Below, piece by piece: positions 54,201-64,000 of a stretch of DNA of 64,000 nucleotides. A program made the translations under genes and the position numbers. This stretch comes from the human T2T-CHM13v2.0 reference genome, Homo sapiens. Location of the stretch: assembly GCF_009914755.1 (NCBI RefSeq), contig NC_060927.1. One strand, written 5' to 3'. The first letter of the stretch is position 1. Every line of letters begins with the position of its first letter. Under the pieces are notes generated by a model. That model saw nothing but the letters and a program-made list of their open reading frames with translations, did no database searches and was not told the origin of the DNA.

Positions 54201-56254
54201 GGTGCCTCTTTTTTTTAATCAACCAAACAAATACTGGTTAATAAAACTCCCTGCTCAAAAGCTCCTGGCGGCTCCTTCATGCCTGCAGGGAGAGGCCAGC
54301 ACCCTGGGCTCTGGGCCCCACTTGCCTTCCTTTTTGTCCTGAACTCTGGCCCTCATCCCTCCCAGACAGGTATCACCCAAGACTGCTGTTTCCCAAACAC
54401 ACCATGAAGACTCGACCTACAGTTTCTACCCAAACTCTCCTCCACTCCCCACTTGAGCAGTGCCTGCTCACTAGAGCTTGCCTCCTCCTGGAAGCCTCCC
54501 CACACTTCCTCCACCACTCTGAGTGTCAGTGGCATCTACCTCCAGCTTCCCATCACTCTGCTTATTTCCCCAGAGTGAAATTCACTTTTTTTTTTCTTTT
54601 TCCTCTTCAAAAAAACTTTGTCTCACTGTATCATTTAAGAAATGAACATCCTGGATTGACTTGGGATTTGACAAATTCAAACTTGGTTTTAACACACCAT
54701 GTGCATTTCCTGAGCCCCAGGCGTACCAGCAGACACAGGGCTGAAAGACCCAGGGCCTACCCGCAGGGGCTTAGAGGCTGAACCAAACCGTTTCCCATTT
54801 GGCTCAAGACCATGGATGCAAAAATGACCATTTTTAAAATTTTAAATTCAAATTTATTTTACTTGGGGATAATCATCACTGACACTCACTGAGCCATTGC
54901 TAGGTCATTGTCTATGGGCAGGTCCATGCATAATGTTATTTAATCCTCACTCTGGGAAATGTTATCCTCACTTACAGAGGAGGTCACTGAAGCTCAGAGA
55001 AGTAAAGGGAGCTGCCCAGGGGGTTACAGCAACTGTAGGGAGCTGACCCTATATTCTAGCCCTTGTTATCCTCCCTGGCCTTTCTCAACTGTGTGCGAAT
55101 ACACTGGGGCCAGCTTCGAAGTCTTTTTAACATTCACTGTGTAAACTCGGCACCAAGCTAGCTTCCCCTGGTTGCTCACAGGCAGGTGGCTGTCCACACC
55201 CACTTCTGTGTGGGGGCCTCTGGCGTCACATTTCACACCCCTGTTCTGTAGGCATCGGGTTTCAGATTTGCTGTATTTGCTTCCGCTGCCACTACCGGTA
55301 GATCAGAAGCTGGGGAGGTGTTTCAACACATGATTGTTTTGAATATGGTGACTTCCCCATCTATCCCTGCCATGGGTAACATCCCAGCAGCCTCTTGATA
55401 GCAGAACAGAGGCCATTGAGCCTGGCCAATGAGTGAGTCTCAAATTCTAAGTTCGTGGGGGACTCACTTAAGAAGGGTGGTTTGTTCCAGCACCTGATCA
55501 GAACCTGTGGCTCATCCTCTGCAAAGTGGGCATGAGGCACCACCAGAGGCTGCGGAGTGGCCAGAATGAGGCAACATATGGAGGGGGTGTGGCACACGGT
55601 AGGTGTACACTAAGTGCTCATTCCCTCTTTTCCTTACAGCCTTGCTGCTGGGGCTACCTTTCACCCACATGCAGGCTTACTTGCCTGCACCCCCGGCATG
55701 GCCCAAGAACCAGTTCTCTGAGTTCAGCCAGGACTTCCAAGAACCTAGCACAGCCAGGTCAGCTCCACTGTGTATGAGTCCTGAACCCGACCCTAGGCCC
55801 CTGCTCCCTCAGTTGCCATTTGCCAGGCTACCTCCTCCATTGCTCCTAAAATCTAGCTCATCTGCCACCTCCTCCAGGAAGCCTTTGGGGAACTCCTCCA
55901 GATAAAAACTCCAGTGTCCCTCCTCTGGGCTCCCACAGGCCTCAGAGCTCACCCCCTTCTCAGCCCTGAGTGCCATGTGTAGTCATTTCCTCTTTTCTAG
56001 TCCCTTCTCCCACAGAGCACTGTGAACATCCCCAAGACAGAAACGATGTGTTGCTCACCACAGCCTGGGCCCTACAGCTGGCCTGTCACAGGGCTGGTGA
56101 CGACCGAATGAAAGGAAATGCCTAATGTTTTCTGAGCACTTGCTACATGCCGGGCACAGAGCCAGGGATGCCCACATGGAGAGGGCCTGCCTCACAGTGA
56201 AGACAGTAGGAAGGAAAGCAGAGGTAAGAGTTGAAAAGTCCAAATCCATATATG

Positions 56255-56390
56255 AACACTGCGATTCCGCCATTCCCGAAGCTAGTTACCCTCCAGACTT
56301 TTCAGTTCCAGGAGGCAATGAAACCCCTTTTCTGCTTATGCCCGTTAGGTTTGGATTTTCTGTCACTTGCTACTAAGACAGCCCTCACTG
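56255..56390 (+). mobile_element. MLT1 LTR 3' fragment
   Basis: CCCGAAGCTAG...GACTTTTCAGTT...TTTGGATTTTCTGTCACTTGC. Confidence 0.65.
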
Positions 56391-56391
56391 A

Positions 56392-56758
<367 letters not shown>

Positions 56759-57099
56759 TAACCACAGCCTGACCACACCCCAGGCCCGGCTGACAGCCAC
56801 TTCAATGCTCCCACACGCTGAGTACAGTCCAGATACCCACTCTGCCGGCGGAGTCCCCTCACCTCTTTCCCAGAAGCCACTGGAGTTACACTGGTTGGGA
56901 TTTTTGGGCATTGGTTTGCAAGTCCATCAGATGGGGCTAATGAGCTCACCCTTGCATGCAGGTCAGAGGACAGCTCACACTGGCCTAGCCCACAAGGGAC
57001 TCAGGGAATGAAGGCCACAGTGTGGACCCTCCAACCTGCCCTCAGCTGCCTGATGGCCTACAGGTGTTTTCTAATAGGTGACATGTGTCCATTAAAATA

Positions 57100-57357
57100 A
57101 AATACAACCAACCGCTTACCCCTCCTTGCGCCCATCTCCTTCCTCTGCCCTACTCTCCTTCACAGAACATGTCATCCCCATGACCTATCATGCATGCATT
57201 GCGTTAGTCATATATTGCTTGACTCCCCAACACCAAGAAGGGAAGGGATGGTTTATCTGATTTATCACCTTTGTACTCTCAGAGACAAGACAGTACTTGG
57301 CACACAGTAGGTGCCCAATAAATGTTTGTTGAATGACTGAATTAACAAATGAATGAT
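57100..57357 (+). mobile_element. L2 3' end
   Basis: CTTGGCACACAGTAGGTGCCCAATAAATGTTTGTTGAATGACTGAATT. Confidence 0.85.
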
Positions 57358-57631
57358 GTGCATGAAACTCTGCACAGAGTCATGGAGTGCTTAAAGGCTC
57401 CTGGTTACACCTGGCCATTTCACAGGTGAGGACATGAGGCCTCAGGATGGGCTCCCTGAAGTCCCCAGGCAGGCAGCAGGGGCTCTGATCTGCTCTGTGC
57501 CTCTGCTGGGCTGGACCGAAATGGGCCTTGAACACAGGTGTGGGCAGCCACCTGGCCAGGCTCCCCAGCTTGAGCCCTGGCGCCCAACAAAGGCAGGTCG
57601 CTGCTGGAGGTAGCTGAGCTGGAGGCCAGAG

Positions 57632-58307
57632 CCCTGGGCTCTGAGCTGTAACCCCTGAACCTGACCTCTTGGGGTCCTTGGGCCAACAGCCCCTGGCTCA
57701 CTGGGGTCATCAAGCCTCCCCTAACCAGCCTGAGGGGCACTGTGCCCTGGTAAATCTCTCAGTGAGATGGGAACCCAGAGTCACCTACGCCCACAGGGAG
57801 ATTCCCCACAGAGGCCTGCTTCACCATCTAAGCCTCACAACAACCCCGGAAGGGAGGACTTTCGCTATGGGTTATATGGAAACCCAGGCCCAGAGATGTT
57901 GGGACATCTGTCCCATGTCACATGGCTGGGGCACACTGGGGAGCTGGGATTTGAGACAGAGTGACTGACCCCTCAGGGCACTGAGCAGCCTTCTGTCTGC
58001 AGCGTGGGGGCAGGGGTGAAGGTGCCCATTGCTTCCTTATCACTGGGCCTCACTTTTTCCATCTGCCACTGGTTGGGCTCCAGTCCTAAGGAAAGGGCTA
58101 TCTGTCTTGCCTGCCCCCAAGAGCCAGGGCTGGGGTGGGGGAGGCTTGGCTGGGAGTGAGAGCTCCCAGGCTGCTCCCTGAGGCTGGGTCGGTAAAAGCT
58201 TCCTCTGACCCATCTGTTGAACTCCCTGATGACCCCAGTGAGCCAGGGGCTGTTGGCCCAAGGACCCCAAGAGGTCAGGCTCAGGGGTTACAGCTCAGAA
58301 CCCAGGG
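57632..58307. repeat. Near-perfect 81-bp inverted repeat (57632-57712 / 58227-58307), 514-bp spacer
   Basis: 79/81 positions complementary; same peptide MTPVSQGLLAQGPQEVR in opposite-strand ORFs. Confidence 0.97.
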
Positions 58308-60254
58308 AACATCCCCCAACACGCTCCCAGCCCCAGGGATCTACAGATCCTCAAGGTTCCACTCTGGATCATTTCAGAAAGATACTGAACTTGTCAGTGG
58401 GTCAAGGGGCTCCTGGGGGGACACATACTGGGCTACTGCCAGATGGGAAATGGCCCCAGCGAGCCTGGGGCAGGGAAGACTTCTGCAAGGCAGTGTCTCC
58501 TCAACACAGCCTGGGGAAGCCTTGTGTTCCCTCAGCCATAAACCTCCATTTGCTCAAAGTTTATGCACCATAGGGTTGAGGGGGGCAGCAGTGTGGGAAG
58601 GAAACACACCAAATATGCTCCAGGAGCCCTGGGCCACTGTGTGACTTCTGAGGGCCTCTGAGGACTTCTGACTTCTGTGTGACTTCTGAGGGCCTCAGTT
58701 TACTCGGCTGTAAACTGGGCATTGTCAAGAGTCCATCTTTCTCAGGGTGGTTGTGAGGGCCGTAGGCAGCGACCCAACACTCCCTGCCATCCAGGTGGGC
58801 TGCGGGGCCCTGGTTCTCAACCCTAATGGGGCCTGGGGCTGGTCTAACGCGCAGGGGAGCTAAAGAACTTCCCCTTGCGGCTGTGGGGAAACACCTGGTG
58901 TTCCTGGGCCCAGGGCGAGCCTGTGTGCATTCCAGGCAGTGAGAAACGGGTCACAGAATACAGCTCTGAGAAACAGTGAAAACTCTGACGACAGCCCCCA
59001 AGACCCTCACCACGGCAGGCTGCCCTGACAGTCGCCAGCCCCTCACAGGTTTCTCAGGGCTGCTGAGGTCCCCTCCCCGGGCCAGGTGGGTGGTACTCAC
59101 AGTCTCAAAGTGGAGGGGGCGGAGGTGTCCCTGGAACCCCAGTGCCTGGCCTGCCTCTGCGGCCCCGGGGGATGAGCTGTGGGTCCATCCCCACAATAGG
59201 TCCTGACGTCTGACTTCCTCCCTGCTCAGTCGGCATCCAGGAAACCACACCCAGGGGAGAGGGTGCCAGGCACCCTGGGGCCCCCGCCCACCTGCCCTCC
59301 AAAAGGCCCCCAGGCACTGCTGAGGGGGCTCCTTCCAGGTCTGGCAAACCCAAATGGCTTCACTGGGCAGGCCCCAGTCAATAAATAATACACCCACCTC
59401 CCTGGACAGTCTCTGGTGCCTGATCGTGTTTCAGGGCCACTTAAGTTCCAGGCAGACTGCTTTGTTCAGAGTGCCGGGCCCCTTCTGGGTCTCTGGCCAC
59501 ATGGGCACTGCACTGTCACGGAGGGCCAGCTGGAGCCAGCAGCATAAAGTAGTGTGACAGGGGTCCCTGGAGAGAGGGTGCCCTACTTACTTAGCAGCTT
59601 GGGCCCAAAGGGGACCCAGGGGTGGTGCCAGGGTAGGGTGGCCAGTCTCGTCTCCCCATGGCCAGGCAGGGCCCCCCACATCCCCCACAGGGGTGCCATC
59701 TGGAGAGCCGCCACCAGCCCATCCTGACATTGCCAGTGTCCGGGCCCAGGCCCCTCCTCCAGGAAGCCTCCTCTCCGCCAGGAGTGCTCTGTCCCTGTCT
59801 GAATTCCCACTGCAACCGCCAGCCAGTCTGTCTGTCTCCTTCTTTGGGTCTCAATTGTCATCTCTCATCTAAACAGTGGCCGGCCGCCACATCTCAACCG
59901 GCCTTCCCTGCCCCCAACGCCCCACCACTCCCTCTCCACAGTCTCATTTCCTCACAGCAGCCCGGGTGACGGTTTTAAAACAGAAAGCACAGCAATGTTA
60001 CCCAGCTGTGGCTCTCCCGCCCCAGTCAACTTTCAAGCCCTCTCCAGGATCTGGCCCTGCCACCACGGGGACTGCTCCTCCCGCCCTCTCGACTCCTGCC
60101 AGCCTCCTCCTCTGTGCTCCTCCTGCAGGTGCACACAGACCTCAGGGTCCTTACACCAGCTGCTCTCTCTGCCTGCTCTTCCCCAAGGTCCTCACAAACT
60201 CACTCCACCCTGTCACTCTCAACGCAAGGCCACCACTGCAGACGAGTCTTTGTT

Positions 60255-60664
60255 TTCTTTTCAAACAGTCTTATTAAGATATAATTCACACACCATACAA
60301 CTCACCCATTTAAAATGTATAGTTCAATGATTTTATTAATAGTATATTCCCAGAGGGGTGCAACTGTCACCACTATCTATGTTTAGCATATTTTCATCAC
60401 TCAAAAAGAACCCCTCCCCAGCCCTGGATCACGGCAAACCTACCTCCCGTCTCTATAGATTTGCCTGTTCTGGACATTTCCTAGAAACGGGACCATACGC
60501 TCTGTGGTCTTCCGTCTGGCTTCTTTCACTTAGCATGATGTCCTCAAGGTTCACCTGTGCTGTAACACGTGCCAGAACTTCATTTCTTTTTGTGGCTGAA
60601 TAATATTCCACACTATGGACAGACCACATTGTGTTTATCTATTCATCCACTGACGGCCACTGGG
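60255..60664 (-). mobile_element. L1MB7/8-like 3' end inserted in an L2
   Basis: AGATATAATTCACACACCATACAACTCACCCATTTAAAATGTA...TCTATAGATTTGCCTGTTCTGGACATTTC...GGCTGAATAATATTCCA. Confidence 0.88.
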
Positions 60665-63600
60665 AGAGGCCCTTCTTGACCTCCCCAGGCCATGTGGCTC
60701 CCTCTCCCCGATCACTCTGTCATCCCTCCCTGTTTTATTTTCTTGGCACCGATCTTTGCCTGAAGGCATCTTCATTTGTTTATTTTCTCTTTATCATTTC
60801 TCTCTCACCTGAACATCTATCTGCTCCAGGAGGCCTGAGTGTCCACCTCACTCACTGCTGTATCCCCAGGGTCTAGCCCGGGGCAGCAAACAATAGGTGC
60901 TCAGCAAACTACTTGCTGATCAGCGGAAGAAAGCCTCTTCCCATGTGTCAGAGTGGCTCATGCCCATGCCGCCTTGCTGCTGGGCTCTGAGCTCTCGGCG
61001 ACAAGTGCTGCCCTGTGGTGCTTGCCAAGAAGAGCCTCACCCACAACTCCGGTGAGGAAACCAGTAACGCAAAGCCTTGGACTCAGGTCCTCCTCTGTGC
61101 TGTGGGACAGTGCTCCTCACAGGGTGGGCGCTAGCTGGCTGGATGTGGGAATGGATAGTTAGCACCTGGCACAGTGTCAGGCACAGAGTAGGTCTTCATC
61201 CCCTGAACGAAGACTCGATGCAGGGAGAGGGGGCGACAGTCACTAGCAGAGATGGAAACCGAGGAGAGGGAGGTGAGGCTGGCAGGGCTGAGGCAATGGT
61301 GAGGCCCACGGGTGAAAGGGGAAAGCAGCCATAAGGGAATTTATGTGTGCTCCAGGCAGTGCCCAGAGCCAGAGAAGTGGCGGCTCTGCTCTGCTCTGCC
61401 CAGGACCTCCTGCCCATCCCAAACTCAGCTCTGGGCTCTTCCCGGAGATAGACAGCACGAGCCAGGGTGTGTCCAGAAGGCGTGGGTGGGGAGGAGGCTG
61501 GTGACCCCTTCCTCAGCCTCAGGGAGTCCTGGTCTCTGCAGGCTGTCCAGAGCTGGGGAGCAGATGGGTTGTGAGGCTCAGAGGACAGGGCCAGGCCACT
61601 TCAGTGTGTGGGTGGGTGGCAGCGAGCACCGCAGGAAGGATGGTGCCAGTTCCAAGTGGGAACAAATGTCCTCGCGTCAGAGCTGCCTAGGCATGGCCCA
61701 GGCTGGGAGGTGGTGAGCACTCTGTCCCAAGAGGAACGCCCACTGGCCCTCCTGCAGAGGGGCATCAGATGGCTAATTGTCCAGGAAGCTCCCTGGAAGC
61801 TCTCAAAGGCTGGCTGCCAGCTGAGCTGTTCACGGCCCTCCTGCCCAGATGCAGCCACGGTGGGAAGGCAGAGGGGGGCAGGGCCAGGGCAGCCAAGGCC
61901 ACCCCACTCCTTATCAACCAGCACCCTGGGCCCCATGTGTTCCAAGTGAGCTGCCCTGGCCCATGAAGAGGCTCAAACGCCCCATTGGCTCTCAAGGCAC
62001 AAAACGATCTTTCTTTTTCAATATAATGCCAGATGCAAAAGTGATCTTCCTGCCTGACCTGAGAGGGGCTGTGGATTTATCAGGGCACTGCCCTGTACCC
62101 AGAGCAAGGCCTTTGTCTGCCAGGGGCCCAGAGGTGAGTGCCCAGAGAAAGGCCAGCCAGGGAAGACGCAGGGAGGGGAGGGGCGGGGAGCTGGTTAAAG
62201 GGTCTCATCCACCCTCCAGAACTACTGTATCCCCACACGCATCTCACAGGCGGGGAAACAGGGGCTCAGGGAGGCTGCCTGTTATACAAACAGCCAATGC
62301 CTCAGCAGCACCTACTGCAGCTGGGGGAAGCTTACAGGCATTGTCTCATGGAAGCTTCAGAACGTCTCTAAGAGTCACGTCCACGGTAGGAAGGGGCTGA
62401 GCCCAGTTTTGAACTCAGGTCAGCCTGATTTCTGAGCCTGTGTGCTTCCCACTTCATCACGTTATCCCCCTAAGCCCCCACGCTGAGACTCAGAGGACAA
62501 GGAGGGGGTGCCACAGCCATGCACCCTGCTGGATGCCAAGCCAACAGAACCCAGTGATGACCTGCCAAGAAGCCCGCCCAGCTGGCATGGCTCCCCCCCA
62601 ACTCTACAGGCGAGGAAACAAGCCCAGAGAGGTTTAGCAACTTGCCCGAGGGCTGCACATCTCACAACCTACCGTTGTGGGCTCTAAACCCTGGGGTGCC
62701 CAGCTCCCAAGCTGTTCTGTCCAGGATACAGCCTGCAGCCAGGATCGTCCCTCTCAGAGTCCTCGGGCCAAAGTTCCAGAGACCCTTCTCCCCGGCTCCT
62801 TGACTGCGGTCGCCAAACCCCTGGGCAGAGGGCCAGGGCTGGCAGGCGCACAGCTGCTCCACACACACCTCTCGCTTTTCCAGATGTGAATGGGACCCAG
62901 CCAGGGGCAACAGGCTCACTCGGAGGGGAATCTGAAGACGCAAGTGGAAAACTATGCGCTGTCCGATCGCAACCCTCCAATCTGTCCCTGTGGCCGCCGG
63001 CAGCTCCGCCTTGGGCCACAGACCTGCTGACTCAGGGCTTCCCTGGCAGCCGAGGGGGCTGGGATCCGCAGAGGGCCTGCTCCTGGCTGGCTGGCTGGTT
63101 GGGGCGTGGCCTTAGTCCTTTCAGGGGCTCTCAACAGAATGGGGTAGGGGTCGGGAGGGCAGAGTGCTTCTCTTGGAGCCCAAGGCCCATCCTCCCCAGT
63201 TAACCACAGGGGCGCCTGGCAGTTATGGGTGCTAAGAGTGGGTTTGGGACAAACCCAGTGCCAATTATGGTGCCCACACCCACCCCACCACTCTCCTCTC
63301 ATTGGTGGTGAGGAGGCCACCCGCCAGTGCTCGTGACACCCCTGTGAAGCTACCTGTCTATCACCACTTGACAGCCACAAAGCCTCCCGTAAGGCCCCGC
63401 CCCACAGCCCCGTCAGGTGGCCGTGCCATTCAATGAGGAGACTGAGGCACAGAGAGGCCAGTCTGCCAGGCTCTGTGAGGCGGTGCTGCTTCTCCTACAG
63501 ACCATGTGGGCAAACGGCAGCCAAGAGGGAGCGAGCGAATCACCCTTGGACAGGGCACAGCGGGCCTCCCAGTGCCGAGCCCTCTGCATTCTGTCAACAA

Positions 63601-63774
63601 GCCCTGAGGTTTCCAAAGTGCCAATACCTGGAAACCTTGGGACAGAAGGGGACTCAGGAAAATCCAGCTGTGGTCACAAGGAAAAGCACACGGAGAGCTC
63701 ACCAAAGTCCAGGACTCACCCGCTGCCTGGCCCAGCTCCCAAGTCACCCACCCAGGAGGTCTATCCCGGGGTCT

Positions 63775-63800
63775 GGGGCAGGGGCAGGGGCAGGGGCAGG
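63775..63800 (+). repeat. (GGGGCA)4 G-quadruplex-forming repeat
   Basis: Four G4 runs with 2-nt loops. Confidence 0.85.
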
Positions 63801-64000
63801 CAGCCGCTGACTCACTCCAGGGCTGAGCTCTGCCTCTCTCCTTTCCCACAGCCAGCCGGCATCCTCATCCCAAGAGAACACTTTAGCCCTCACTGTCTGC
63901 CCTGCTCCCTCAAACCTGCCCAGGCCCAAGACCCGCCATTGAGGCTGAGGCCCAGGGCCCCAGGCACTCTCACCCAGCAGCAGAGACAACTATGGCCACT

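Overview
This is primate (almost certainly human) genomic DNA: GC-rich and dense in Alu, MIR, L1M, L2, MLT1 and hAT/Tigger repeats. The only coding sequence I can support is a 65-nt first coding exon on the minus strand (10968..10904; GCCGCC-ATG Kozak, GG|GTGAG donor). It encodes MWCLHCNSERTQSLLELELDS(G), which I recognise from memory as the N-terminus of one isoform of IQSEC1 (BRAG2/ARF-GEP100, an ARF6 GEF on 3p25). The window is therefore that isoform's CpG-island promoter, about 11 kb of its first intron, and upstream sequence that is intronic for longer isoforms. The upstream part includes a second CpG island (~36.9-38.7 kb) with a probable non-coding alternative first exon. Essentially all ORFs in the supplied track are chance, repeat-derived or GC-rich artefacts. 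I found no prokaryotic-type system, RNA gene or CRISPR array. The most unusual signal is a set of locally templated copy events: an 81-bp near-perfect inverted repeat (57632/58307), a ~190-bp inverted copy inserted into an L1 with a 10-bp target duplication (42.3/43.2 kb), a ~100-bp direct copy inserted into a Tigger3a (41.2/43.6 kb) and a template-switch hairpin inside an Alu. There are also candidate cryptic or alternative exons. Repeat boundaries and subfamily calls are by eye and approximate, and many further short MIR/L2 fragments are not listed.
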